From the NCBI GenBank assembly GCA_016218585.1, contig JACRDK010000025.1, positions 27,637 to 91,636 on the forward strand: 64,000 nucleotides of DNA. The letters run 5' to 3'. Below, piece by piece: positions 8,693-17,981 of the stretch (the stretch's first letter is position 1; each line of letters begins with the position of its first letter). A model generated the notes under the pieces. It was not told the origin of the DNA, did not search any database, and saw only the letters and a list, made by a program, of their open reading frames with translations. This stretch comes from Candidatus Doudnabacteria bacterium. GTDB lineage: Bacteria; Patescibacteriota; Doudnabacteria; UBA920. A program made the position numbers and the translations under genes.

Positions 8693-9544
8693 CTATTCAA
8701 ATTTAAACTTTTCCGAATATTTTAAAAGCTTTTGCCAAACAAAAAAATTCATCAATGCAACAAATACCACCAAGCCGGTTAAGGCCATCAAAAAGTCTCT
8801 CTGATTATTGGAAGCCGAAGTGGCAACCAGCACGCTGCCAATACCAAACAAATCCATGGCCCCGCTGCCGCCGGGAATATAAGTATGTAAAACCTCTGCC
8901 ACAATAATTATGTTCCAGCCGCCGGCCCAAGCCAGCAGCGAACCGGTAACCAAATAAGGAACTACGGCGGGGAGAAGAATTTTATCAATATAATTTATTC
9001 CGGTTAGGCCAAAAACTTTTGCCGCGGACTTAATGTCGGAAGGAATTACCTGCAGGCCGCCAACCATGCTAAAAACAATGCTCCAGGCCATTGTCACCAA
9101 CAATACAAAAATTGCCGCTCCGTTATAAAAGTTATAATGAACAAAAAATAAAATTACTACAGGAAAAAATGCCAAGACCGGCACCGACTGGATTACATCA
9201 AACAGCGGAAATAATATCCTTTCAATCTTTGGGCTGTAGTTTATTAGCAGAGCTAAGGGAATTGCTATTAATAAAGCCAAAACATAAGCTAAAAGCAGCC
9301 TGGCAAAGGTAACAATTAACGCGGAAAAAACATAACCCCAGGTTATGCTTTCTCGCAAAGCAAAGCCTTGCCCGCCAAATTTAGACAGAACTACAAAAAC
9401 TAAAATAAAAGAAAGAATTGGCACTAACACAAAAGAATACAGCCTTTGCCGCAGAGAAACAGCATAGCTTACGCTCATATGCCTGTGGTAGCGATGAATA
9501 TGTTTGTTTTGGTTTGTCATGCAATTTTTATATCCTGCTTTCAT
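8693..9544 (-). CDS. ABC transporter permease (SsuC/TauC-like, BPD_transp_1)
   Basis: Polytopic membrane protein immediately upstream of the ABC ATPase in the same operon. The true start is probably the internal Met (MSVSYAV...). Confidence 0.7.
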   Translation of the reverse strand: MKAGYKNCMTNQNKHIHRYHRHMSVSYAVSLRQRLYSFVLVPILSFILVFVVLSKFGGQGFALRESITWGYVFSALIVTFARLLLAYVLALLIAIPLALLINYSPKIERILFPLFDVIQSVPVLAFFPVVILFFVHYNFYNGAAIFVLLVTMAWSIVFSMVGGLQVIPSDIKSAAKVFGLTGINYIDKILLPAVVPYLVTGSLLAWAGGWNIIIVAEVLHTYIPGGSGAMDLFGIGSVLVATSASNNQRDFLMALTGLVVFVALMNFFVWQKLLKYSEKFKFE

Positions 9545-9568
9545 TATACCACCAAAACATTTAACAAC

Positions 9569-10144
9569 TTATAATTCTTTTTGCAGCCTTCTGTTTAATA
9601 AGTACTGTCCTAAAAAGAAAAGGACAAAAATTGCCAAAAAACCCTCTTGCCCAAAAGCCAAAAATTTATTTATAGCTTCAACGGAAACGCCAAAGGCCAA
9701 GCCTAAACTTAAAATAATTAGCAGCCACAAGGTGGTAGATTTAATAGTGGCCTGCAAAAATTTGCGGAAACCAATTTTTAGCATGCCGCAGCGCATAAGG
9801 ACAGCGCGATGAAAACCATAAACAAATTTAGACACAATTAGCGAGCGAAAAGTTTTATGCAAAAAATGGCTGTCATATTTGCCTACGGTTTTATTTATCC
9901 AGTCGGCAAGGCGTCCGGTTCTCGCCAAAAATAAACCAATGACATAATAAAAAAATTGTTCTAAAAAAGCGCCTAAAGCCAAAATTCCAACAACGCCGCC
10001 GGGATTAAAAAGTCTTTGGCTAATTAGCACCGCCCCCGCTAAAATCGTTATGTTTGCCTCAACAAACATCCCTAAAAATAAAGCCCCATAAACCGCTAGC
10101 TGAGCATGGGGCAAATTTTGAAATAATAAAGGATTTATTTCCAT
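9569..10144 (-). CDS. DedA family membrane protein (VTT/SNARE-associated domain)
   Basis: ~190 aa with TM helices and DedA-like hydrophobic organisation. Confidence 0.55.
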   Translation of the reverse strand: MEINPLLFQNLPHAQLAVYGALFLGMFVEANITILAGAVLISQRLFNPGGVVGILALGAFLEQFFYYVIGLFLARTGRLADWINKTVGKYDSHFLHKTFRSLIVSKFVYGFHRAVLMRCGMLKIGFRKFLQATIKSTTLWLLIILSLGLAFGVSVEAINKFLAFGQEGFLAIFVLFFLGQYLLNRRLQKEL

Positions 10145-10145
10145 A

Positions 10146-11666
10146 TTAAAAACTGTGTAAAATTTCTATTTTCGCGCCAAGCGCACTTAGCCGGCTAACT
10201 AAATTTTCATAACCGCGATTTATGGAGTAAACATTGCGCAAAACCGAAGTTCCTTTGGCCGCCAACATTGCAATTAAAATTATTGCCGCGGGCCTTAAAG
10301 CCGGAGGGCAAATTATTTCTGCCGCTTTCAACTCACTCGGACCTTCCACATAAACGCGATGAGGATCTGCCAAAATTATGCTGGCGCGCAATTTATTTAG
10401 TTCCATATAATAAATTGCCCGGTTTTCATAAACCCAATCGTGAATAAGAGTGGTGCCTTTGGCTTGAGTAGCAACAGGCACAAAAAATGGCAGGTTGTCG
10501 ATGTTTAATCCCGGATAGGGTAGGGGATGAATTTTTTCTTCCAGCGCGGTGAGTTCGGAAGGAAGAGTTTTAATGTCTACTAAGTTAGTATGGTTATTAT
10601 AACTCTTATATCGCTTGGTGATCTTATAATTAAAACCCATTTTTTCCAATTTTAAAAGTTCTAGTTCCAAAAAATCAATTGGGCAGCGCTCAATGGTAAT
10701 GGCCGACTTGGTCGTGGCGGCCAGGGACAAAAACAGCATTGCCTCAATAGGATCTTCGCTTAAATGATAAACCGCTCTGGTATTTATTTGTGGCTTGCCG
10801 TGAACAGTTAGTGTGGTGGTACCAATTCCTTCAATTTTCACGCCTAAAACATTTAAAAAGTAACATAAATCCTGCACCATATAATTGGAAGAGGCGAGTT
10901 TAATGGTGGTGACTCCGGGAAGTTTAGCGGCAGCCATCAGGGCATTTTCCGTTACGGTGTCGCCCATTTCATACAACACAACTTCCGCCGGCTTTAAGTT
11001 ATGGGCGGAAACGGAATAATGGTCATGATGGGTTTTTATTCCCATACCCAATTTTTCCAGCGCATACAAATGCGGGCGAACGGTGCGCGCCCCTAATTTG
11101 CAGCCGCCTGCCAAAGGCAGGGTAAAATTATCCAACAAATGAGCCAACGGACCAAGCAGCATTAATACGCTCCTGGTTTTTATAGCTGCCTCTTTGTTTA
11201 TTTTTTTTATATCAATTTTTTTTGGGGGAACAATTTCAACATCTGCCCCCTGCCATTTTACGGAAACGCCCAAGCTAACCAAAACTTCAATCACCCGATG
11301 TACTTCTTCTATTTTAGGTACGCTTTTTAAAATAGTTTTACCGGAATTTAATAGAGAAGCACAAAGCAAAGCCACCGCGGCATTTTTTGAGGTGTTAACA
11401 GCAATATTGCCGGAAAGCTTATGTCCGCCTTCAATCTTAAAATTAACCGATTTATCCGCTAAGGTAATTATTTCCTGATTTAACACGCTGCTGATTTTTG
11501 CCAGCATTTCAGTGGTCATATTTTGCTGGCCTTTTTCCATTCGCGCCACTGCCGACTGGCTGGTTTTTAAGCTGCGAGCAAACTCGCTTCTGGTAAAACC
11601 CTTTAACTCCCTAATTTCTTGAATAAATTTGCCAATTTTTTGGCGATCTTGCAAAGTTGATTTCAT
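10146..11666 (-). CDS. murA: UDP-N-acetylglucosamine 1-carboxyvinyltransferase MurA with an N-terminal XRE-type HTH domain fused
   Basis: N-terminal ~65 aa has an HTH_XRE pattern (IQEIRELKGFTRSEFARSLKTSQSAVARMEKGQ). The rest carries MurA motifs, including GGCKLGARTVRPH with the catalytic Cys. Confidence 0.8.
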   Translation of the reverse strand: MKSTLQDRQKIGKFIQEIRELKGFTRSEFARSLKTSQSAVARMEKGQQNMTTEMLAKISSVLNQEIITLADKSVNFKIEGGHKLSGNIAVNTSKNAAVALLCASLLNSGKTILKSVPKIEEVHRVIEVLVSLGVSVKWQGADVEIVPPKKIDIKKINKEAAIKTRSVLMLLGPLAHLLDNFTLPLAGGCKLGARTVRPHLYALEKLGMGIKTHHDHYSVSAHNLKPAEVVLYEMGDTVTENALMAAAKLPGVTTIKLASSNYMVQDLCYFLNVLGVKIEGIGTTTLTVHGKPQINTRAVYHLSEDPIEAMLFLSLAATTKSAITIERCPIDFLELELLKLEKMGFNYKITKRYKSYNNHTNLVDIKTLPSELTALEEKIHPLPYPGLNIDNLPFFVPVATQAKGTTLIHDWVYENRAIYYMELNKLRASIILADPHRVYVEGPSELKAAEIICPPALRPAAIILIAMLAAKGTSVLRNVYSINRGYENLVSRLSALGAKIEILHSF

Positions 11667-11749
11667 AAATATATCGTATATGGTATAAGTACTAGTATTT
11701 TACCACTCAAAAAACTCTTAAGTCAAGAAAATTATACCACATATGACAA

Positions 11750-11776
11750 TCCCGCCCTTTCTTTTGAAAGGGCGGG
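11750..11776. other. GC-rich hairpin cccgccctttc-ttttg-aaagggcggg. Lacks a clear flanking U-run, so it is only a possible terminator.
   Basis: Perfect 11-bp inverted repeat. Confidence 0.4.
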
Positions 11777-11805
11777 ATAAATATTCGCTTATTTTTGCCG
11801 GATTA

Positions 11806-12018
11806 TTAGAAGTGCAATATTTTGGAAAACCACTTATCCATATAGTGAGACTGGAGATTGGTGTAGTAGAGGAACATTAAAGCGGCTAAATATATAACAT
11901 TTAACACCACAACTTTAATTAAATCTCCCTTAATTATTGCATATTCCGCCTCATGGGACAGGGAGTGCACGCCGGTTGGAGAAGAGGAATTTTGATTATG
12001 CTGATGTTTTTTGCTCAT
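11806..12018 (-). CDS. Small hypothetical membrane protein (70 aa)
   Basis: ORF with one or two TM segments. Confidence 0.35.
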   Translation of the reverse strand: MSKKHQHNQNSSSPTGVHSLSHEAEYAIIKGDLIKVVVLNVIYLAALMFLYYTNLQSHYMDKWFSKILHF

Positions 12019-12102
12019 GGCTAAAATTCGATTATCTAATTTTCAAGTTATTTAATGCTCATATTATAACACTTTCAGCCATTTGAAAGCAACGGCTTAA
12101 CA

Positions 12103-12594
12103 GTGCTACAATGTCTAAAGCTTATGAATTTCAATTTGTCCATCTTCAACTTAATTTTAATTGTCCTGACGCTTATGGGACTAGGTTATTGCCTGTGGCA
12201 AATAACGTCTCTTAACCGCCTGCGCAAAAGTTTTTTTAAAAGCTCCGACGGCTTAGACTTGGAACAGGTGATATATTCTTTATCTTCCTCCCTGCAAGAC
12301 GGACAAAGGCAGCAACAGGCTCTGGAAAACGCTTTAATTGAATTAAGAGAGAAAACTTCCTTTGCAGTGCAAAAAGTTGGCCTAGTAAGATTCAACCCAT
12401 TTGACGATGGGGGAGGAAATTTTAGTTTCTGCCTTGCTCTATTAGACGAACATAACAGCGGCGTAGTAATTACCAGCATGCACGGACGGCAACAGAACAG
12501 GATTTATACCAAAAAAATTGACGACGGCAAAAGCGATTCTCAGTTAAACGACGAGGAACTCCAGGCCGTAAAAAATGCACATTATAAAAATTAA
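12103..12594 (+). CDS. DUF4446-like protein (N-terminal TM plus conserved C-terminal domain)
   Basis: Pattern VGLVRFNPFDD...VITSMHGRQQNRIYTK recalls the DUF4446 family. This is from memory, not verified. Confidence 0.45.
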   Translation: MLQCLKLMNFNLSIFNLILIVLTLMGLGYCLWQITSLNRLRKSFFKSSDGLDLEQVIYSLSSSLQDGQRQQQALENALIELREKTSFAVQKVGLVRFNPFDDGGGNFSFCLALLDEHNSGVVITSMHGRQQNRIYTKKIDDGKSDSQLNDEELQAVKNAHYKN

Positions 12595-12648
12595 TTTATT
12601 ATTCTACAATTAACCTTAGGCGCAGGAACCTAAAAAAGGAAAATATTT

Positions 12649-13050
12649 ATGGAAAGAACACTGGATGACTCATTAAATGCCCCGTCCGAAACAGTAGTAG
12701 GACCAAGTGTAAAAATCCAGGGGGATTTAAACAGCGAAGGCAACATAAAAATAGAAGGACAAGTGAGCGGAAAAGTTAAAACCAGCCAGAGCGTGTTTGT
12801 AATCCCGGGAGCAAAAATTGCCGCCGATGTTTTGGCCGGAAATGCTGTTATAGGGGGAGAAATCCAGGGTAATTTAAAAATTGCCGGGCATTTGGTTTTG
12901 CAAAGCACGGCAAAAATTTTAGGAGACATTGCCTGTTCTGTCCTTCGCGTAGAAGACGGCGCCCAATTTAGCGGTAAATGCGTAATGGGTGTTAGCGGCA
13001 ACGGCAAAAAGAATGGTTCCAGCCAAGACCCGGAAATAGAGCCGGAATAA
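12649..13050 (+). CDS. Bactofilin (DUF583/CcmA) cytoskeletal protein
   Basis: Repetitive beta-helical G/V-rich pattern (GNIKIEGQVSGKVK...GNAVIGGEIQGNLKIAGHLV) typical of bactofilins. Confidence 0.7.
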   Translation: MERTLDDSLNAPSETVVGPSVKIQGDLNSEGNIKIEGQVSGKVKTSQSVFVIPGAKIAADVLAGNAVIGGEIQGNLKIAGHLVLQSTAKILGDIACSVLRVEDGAQFSGKCVMGVSGNGKKNGSSQDPEIEPE

Positions 13051-13118
13051 GCGTTTAATTTCAAATTACCAATTTCAAATATTAAACAAGCACTAGCCAC
13101 GATTCTAACTTTGGCATT

Positions 13119-14006
13119 TTGCTTTTTATTTGGAATTTGGAATTTGATATTTGGAATTTAAAATTGTATTACTACATCCTCGATCAAAACGGATTACCCA
13201 TAGAAAAATTTGAAAAGCTGCAAACTGAGCTGCAAGGTTTGTTGGCGGAATTTAAAATTGCCGGGGAAACAGCCCGAGTCACACCGCTCCGCTCGGTTCA
13301 AGATTTAGTAGACACTGCCAGCCAGCGCGGAGCCAAAACTTTGGTTGCTTGCGGCACCGACGACACTTTTAATATGATGCTAGCAGCCCTAAAGGGGAGA
13401 GATTTTACCCTGGCCTATATTCCATTTGAGGAAGATTCTGTGCTGGCCAAAATTTTAGGAGTAGATTCCGTATATTCCGGAGTAAAAACAGTGGCCGGGC
13501 GGCGCATTGAAAAAATAGATCTGGCCAAAATTTATGACAACTATTTTATTAGCTACCTGGAATTCGGAGTTATGTCACACCGCTTAAAAAACACAGGGCT
13601 TTGGCAAAGCTTAAAATTACTTTCTTCCGAGGCCCGCAGCTTTACCATCAGGGTAGACGACTCTTACAACGTTACTATTAACGGCTTAGGGGGGTTGGTT
13701 GCAAACATACGCGCCGCTTCAAGCAAAGACGAAAAAATCGGCAACCCAACCGATGGAAACTTAGACCTGCTAATTTTGGAAAAATTAAATAAACTGCAAA
13801 TTATGACGTATCGCGGCGATATTGCGCAAGGAAGTTTGGAAAAAGTTCCAAATGCCACAGTCATAAAATGCAAAAAAATCCAATTCCTTGAGCCTCGCGG
13901 CTTTAACCTAACAATGCTCGGCCGCGTGGTTGCAAAATTCCCTGCCACAGTAGAAATAATCCCTCAGCGCCTGCGAATGATAGTCGGCAAAAACCGAACT
14001 TTTTAA
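13119..14006 (+). CDS. Diacylglycerol/lipid kinase catalytic-domain protein (DAGK_cat, YegS-like)
   Basis: LVACGTDDTFNMMLAAL resembles the GGDGT motif region. ~290-aa size fits. The true start is uncertain. Confidence 0.5.
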   Translation: MLFIWNLEFDIWNLKLYYYILDQNGLPIEKFEKLQTELQGLLAEFKIAGETARVTPLRSVQDLVDTASQRGAKTLVACGTDDTFNMMLAALKGRDFTLAYIPFEEDSVLAKILGVDSVYSGVKTVAGRRIEKIDLAKIYDNYFISYLEFGVMSHRLKNTGLWQSLKLLSSEARSFTIRVDDSYNVTINGLGGLVANIRAASSKDEKIGNPTDGNLDLLILEKLNKLQIMTYRGDIAQGSLEKVPNATVIKCKKIQFLEPRGFNLTMLGRVVAKFPATVEIIPQRLRMIVGKNRTF

Positions 14007-14061
14007 AAATCACGGATTACGCCTGCCTGCAGGCAGGAATAAAAAACAGATAACTCAGGTG

Positions 14062-14120
14062 GTAAAAAATAACCCGGCAACTGTTTTGGCACTCTCCTTT
14101 GTGCCTAATAGTTACCGGGT
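14062..14120 (-). terminator. Strong minus-strand terminator downstream of the 202-aa gene
   Basis: cccggcaactg...tagttaccggg stem with two G-U wobbles that pair only in the minus-strand RNA, plus an inner ggcac/gtgcc stem, followed by a U-run (plus-strand A-run at 14064-14070). Confidence 0.6.
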
Positions 14121-14153
14121 TTTACTGCAAGCAACTCAAACCATACACTCAAA

Positions 14154-14762
14154 TTATCTTGGATAGGATTTGAGAAAAACTGTCTCTTTTTTCACCTGCT
14201 CTTGGCCGAACCCACGGGTTTCAACCACTGCTTTTTTAGTCGAGACTAAAGCTACAGTTACGGTCTTTTCACCAATGCCGCTTAGCGGGAGCTCAAAATC
14301 ATGAACAACCGAGCCAACATCCTTATCGGTAACAACAGTGAGCCCAAAAGATTTTCCAGGTCTTTCCCTCGCTCTAAAAACAAAACGACCTTCGTCATCA
14401 GTATGGTAACTAACCTCGAAGCGAGAAGAAGACCCTCTCCAACTTCCACCTCCTCCGGCCGATGTCAAAAAATCGCTACGATCTACTGTGACCGTTGCTA
14501 GCGCAATCAACTTTTCAGGTTCCATTCCCAATCCCTTATGGTACTTGCCTGGCGAACAGATACGCCCGCACCCATCAAGGACAAATAGCTCAAGAGAATC
14601 CTCGGTATAGTTAGGGTGCTGCGTAGAACACTCTGTTACCACATACCATAGGTCTTCATTGTTTAGGCGCTGCACCACTTCCTTAACCTTAACATCCAGA
14701 TACCAAAACTGCCCCTGATGCCTGCGGTCAAGAATCCTTTTAGCCTCTTCTAACTTGGTCAT
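14154..14762 (-). CDS. Hypothetical protein (202 aa). Its GC is visibly higher than the surroundings.
   Basis: Long ORF with biased codon usage and a Gly-rich segment GGGGSWRGSSS. No recognisable motif. Confidence 0.5.
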   Translation of the reverse strand: MTKLEEAKRILDRRHQGQFWYLDVKVKEVVQRLNNEDLWYVVTECSTQHPNYTEDSLELFVLDGCGRICSPGKYHKGLGMEPEKLIALATVTVDRSDFLTSAGGGGSWRGSSSRFEVSYHTDDEGRFVFRARERPGKSFGLTVVTDKDVGSVVHDFELPLSGIGEKTVTVALVSTKKAVVETRGFGQEQVKKETVFLKSYPR

Positions 14763-14804
14763 GCTTTCTCCTTCATGTTTAATCTCGCCTGTTGTTGTAG
14801 GAAT

Positions 14805-14993
14805 TTAGAGGAACAACCTCATCATCAGACAGAAAAAATAGATGACAGCAACTGCCGCCAACCAACGCGCAACCCCTTTCAAAGGATCGCCCCTCTGACT
14901 CTCTGAAAATGTAGTGTACCAATCCATAAGATACCCAATCCCTACAATGGATTGGATTAGGATAAAGACTATTACCCAAACCGCAATTTCCAT
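14805..14993 (-). CDS. Small 2-TM membrane protein (62 aa), co-operonic with the 202-aa ORF
   Basis: Strong RBS GAGGAGGAG 6 nt upstream on the minus strand. Two hydrophobic helices. Confidence 0.5.
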   Translation of the reverse strand: MEIAVWVIVFILIQSIVGIGYLMDWYTTFSESQRGDPLKGVARWLAAVAVIYFFCLMMRLFL

Positions 14994-15066
14994 AACTCCT
15001 CCTCAAATTTCGCGTATTCATACCCAGCCGGGTGTTTTTGTTTTAACAAATAACAATATAATAGAA

Positions 15067-15081
15067 TTGACAAAACGTCAA
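15067..15081. promoter_or_regulatory. Inverted repeat TTGAC-N5-GTCAA (operator-like), site 1
   Basis: ttgacaaaacgtcaa with perfect 5-bp arms. Confidence 0.5.
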
Positions 15082-15118
15082 AAAATATGTCATAAAATGA
15101 TATAAGAAATAGCTTAAT

Positions 15119-15167
15119 TTGCTTATATTTATTATGTTTGTTATACTGTTGACGTAAAAAACGTCAA
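15119..15167 (+). promoter_or_regulatory. Putative sigma70 promoter (-35 TTGCTT, 17-nt spacer, -10 TATACT) overlapped by the perfect palindrome TTGACGT-AAAAA-ACGTCAA at 15149-15167
   Basis: The palindrome sits between the -10 element and the ATG of the TrmB-like gene, suggesting autoregulation. Confidence 0.5.
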
Positions 15168-15171
15168 TTTT

Positions 15172-15924
15172 ATGCAAGATGTCAAACAGACTTTAAAAGA
15201 ATACGGATTAGAAGATGCAGAAGCCTCTTTATATCTGGCCGGTTTAAAATTAGGGGAAGCCGGCATGTCAGAATTAGCCAGGGAAGCGCAAATAAAACGC
15301 ACTTCCGCGTATGTGATTTTTCAAAGCTTAGAAAAGAAAGGCTTAATGGGCAGCTTTAAAATGCGCGGCCGTCATAAGTTTGTCGCAACCAGGCCTGATT
15401 TGTTAGTTTCTCAAACAGAAAAAGAACTGCAAGATTTAAAATTAATCTTACCTCAACTAAATAGCCTCACCCAAAAAAAAGATCAACGGCCGCAAATTAC
15501 TTATTACGAAGGAAAGGCCGGATACTTTTTAGCTTCCGAAGAATCACTAAGCACAGCAAACTCCACGGTTTACCATATTGGCTCCATAAGCGAGACGCAT
15601 AAAGTGGTGGGGGAGGATTGGGATTTAAACTATTACATCCCATCTCGCCTAAAGAAGCGCATTCGCTTTAAGGCCCTATATTTTAAATCTCAAATGCCAC
15701 AGAGTTTTTTAAAAAGCAACCATTCAGAACTTCTGCGGGAAGTTCGCTATTTGCCCGAAACTCAGATTTTTGGCACTTCCAAATTAATCTACGGAAACAA
15801 AGTGGCAATTTTTAGCTCCCAAAAAGAATTAATTACTGTTATTATTGAAAGCCCTGACATTGCTGACGGCGAAAGAAAAAATTTTGAATCTTTTTGGCAA
15901 CTAACAGGCCCGTTAAGCGCTTAA
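15172..15924 (+). CDS. TrmB family transcriptional regulator
   Basis: N-terminal winged-HTH LYLAGLKLGEAGMSELAREAQIKRTSAYVIFQSLEKKGL is typical of TrmB. Paralog of the 57992..58750 ORF. Confidence 0.7.
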   Translation: MQDVKQTLKEYGLEDAEASLYLAGLKLGEAGMSELAREAQIKRTSAYVIFQSLEKKGLMGSFKMRGRHKFVATRPDLLVSQTEKELQDLKLILPQLNSLTQKKDQRPQITYYEGKAGYFLASEESLSTANSTVYHIGSISETHKVVGEDWDLNYYIPSRLKKRIRFKALYFKSQMPQSFLKSNHSELLREVRYLPETQIFGTSKLIYGNKVAIFSSQKELITVIIESPDIADGERKNFESFWQLTGPLSA

Positions 15925-15980
15925 TCTTTCCCTTGATTTTATTGAAGATTTCTGGTATGGTTAATTAGTTAAACTTATAT

Positions 15981-17906
15981 ATGAACCTCTCTTCACTCTC
16001 CAGCCAACTGAATATGTCCATCCAAGATCTCCGCGTGAAAGCAAAAGAGAAAGGTTTTTTTATTTCCCCAAAAGCAAATAAAGTAGATAACTACGTCGCC
16101 AGAAAACTCTTAGAAGCTTTTGGCGAACCAGTAAAGCCTGTTTCATCCGGCCCGCAGGAAATAAAAAAAATTAAACTTCCGTCTTTTATTAAAGTCCGCG
16201 ATTTTTCAGATATTCTGAAACTCCCTGTTACCACGGTAATAAAAGAGCTTATTAAAAATGGCATTATGGCCACGATTAATGAGGAAGTAGACTTTGACAC
16301 AGCCAGCATTGTGGCTCAAGACTTGGGTTTTGAAGTGGAAGTAGAAGCGGATAAAACCGTAACGGAATTTGGCTTGGGTTTTTTGCAAGATGTTTTAAAA
16401 TCAGAAAAAGAAGAAAACTTAAAACAGCGTCCGCCAATTGTGGCAATTATGGGACACGTTGACCACGGAAAAACCACGCTGCTCGACACAATCCGCAAAA
16501 CTAAAGTGGCCGAGGGCGAAAGCGGCGGCATTACCCAGCACATCGGTGCTTATCAAATTAAGAAAAACGGTAAATTTATTACTTTTCTGGACACTCCGGG
16601 CCACGAAGCTTTTAGCGAAATGCGCGCCAGAGGCGCCAACGTTACGGATATTATTGTTTTGGTGGTTGCGGCAGACGACGGCGTAAGGCCGCAAACCGTG
16701 GAAGTTGTTAACCGCGCCAAGTTTACCAACACGCCGATGATTGTTGCCATAAACAAAGTAGACAAGCCGGATGCCAACATTATGCGCGTAAAGCAGGAAC
16801 TGTCGGGCATTGGCGTACTCACGGAAGAGTGGGGCGGCAAAACTATTGCCGTGGAAATCTCCGCCAAACAAAATAAAGGAATAGATAATCTGTTGGAAAT
16901 GATTTTATTGACTGCCGAAATTGAAAACTTCCGCGCCAATCCGTCGGGCAAAACCATCGGCACAATTATTGAAAGCAAAATTTCTCAGGGAAAGGGAGCC
17001 ACTGCTTCTGTAATAATTCAAAATGGCACGCTTAAAGTTGGCGACATAATCGCCGCCGGAGCTGCTTTCGGGCGCATTCGTTCCTTGGAAGATGAAACCG
17101 GCAAAAAACTTAAAGAGGCCTTGCCGTCTATGCCGGTACAAATTTCCGGCTTTTCCGAAGTGCCAAAAGCCGGCGATATTTTACAAACCACCGCCGACTT
17201 AGATGCTGCCAAACAAATTGCCGTTACCGTACAAAAGAAAAACCAGAGCCACAGAATGGCCAGCAAGCAGGGGATTGTTGGAGACATTGCCAACAAAACT
17301 TTAAACCTGATTATAAAAACCGATGTTGGCGGATCTTTGGAAGCAATCAAGCAATCCATCGCCAAGTTAAAAAATGATGAAGTAAAAATCAACATTTTAA
17401 GCGAAGGCGTAGGCGAAGTAAATGAATCTGATATTTTATTAGGAGCCAACTCTAAAGCCTCAGTTATTGCCTTCCGCACCAAAGTTAACCCCAAAGCAGC
17501 TAATTTAGCCAAGCAGCAAAAAGTTGTAGTAGACAGCTACGAAGTAATTTATGAGCTGCTAGAAGATATTACTTCTGCGGTTATTAAAATGTTTACTCCG
17601 GAACTGGAAAAAATTTCCAACGGCAAAGCTAAAGTTTTAGCAATCTTCCGCACTGAAAAGGGACAAATGATTATTGGCGGAAAAGTGGAAGAAGGAGAGT
17701 TGAAAAAGAACAGCCAAATTATGATTTTGCGTGCCGGCGCCGAACTTGGCCGGGCGGAAATTATGGAACTTCAACAAAGCAAAGTCGGCGCAAAAACTAT
17801 TGGCCGCAACGAAGAATTCGGCATTAAATTAAAAACCCCCATAAAAATTTTAGAAGGGGATGTGTTGGAAAGCTTTGAAGAGAAGATCAAGCAAAAAACA
17901 CTTTAA
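15981..17906 (+). CDS. infB: Translation initiation factor IF-2
   Basis: G-domain GHVDHGKTTLLD, DTPGHEAF, NKVD, plus the C-terminal beta-barrel domains. Confidence 0.95.
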   Translation: MNLSSLSSQLNMSIQDLRVKAKEKGFFISPKANKVDNYVARKLLEAFGEPVKPVSSGPQEIKKIKLPSFIKVRDFSDILKLPVTTVIKELIKNGIMATINEEVDFDTASIVAQDLGFEVEVEADKTVTEFGLGFLQDVLKSEKEENLKQRPPIVAIMGHVDHGKTTLLDTIRKTKVAEGESGGITQHIGAYQIKKNGKFITFLDTPGHEAFSEMRARGANVTDIIVLVVAADDGVRPQTVEVVNRAKFTNTPMIVAINKVDKPDANIMRVKQELSGIGVLTEEWGGKTIAVEISAKQNKGIDNLLEMILLTAEIENFRANPSGKTIGTIIESKISQGKGATASVIIQNGTLKVGDIIAAGAAFGRIRSLEDETGKKLKEALPSMPVQISGFSEVPKAGDILQTTADLDAAKQIAVTVQKKNQSHRMASKQGIVGDIANKTLNLIIKTDVGGSLEAIKQSIAKLKNDEVKINILSEGVGEVNESDILLGANSKASVIAFRTKVNPKAANLAKQQKVVVDSYEVIYELLEDITSAVIKMFTPELEKISNGKAKVLAIFRTEKGQMIIGGKVEEGELKKNSQIMILRAGAELGRAEIMELQQSKVGAKTIGRNEEFGIKLKTPIKILEGDVLESFEEKIKQKTL

Positions 17907-17946
17907 CCCGATCCGAATCAACGAATACTATGCGAATTATCCGAAT

Positions 17947-17970
17947 AAAACCCCGCGAACACGGGGTTTT
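17947..17970 (+). terminator. Terminator after infB
   Basis: aaaaccccgcgaacacggggtttt. Confidence 0.7.
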
Positions 17971-17981
17971 ATAATGGGCTT

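Noticed and set aside
12630-13100. ORF 12630..13100(-)
   Set aside because: Antisense to the bactofilin gene, whose repeat pattern supports the plus-strand frame.
14022-14039. Palindrome cctgcctgcaggcagg after the lipid-kinase gene, considered as a terminator
   Set aside because: No downstream T-run on the plus strand. Kept only as an unexplained palindrome.
16091-17512. Multiple minus-strand ORFs inside infB (16091..17512)
   Set aside because: Antisense to a highly conserved gene. GC-skewed codon composition keeps the antisense frames open.
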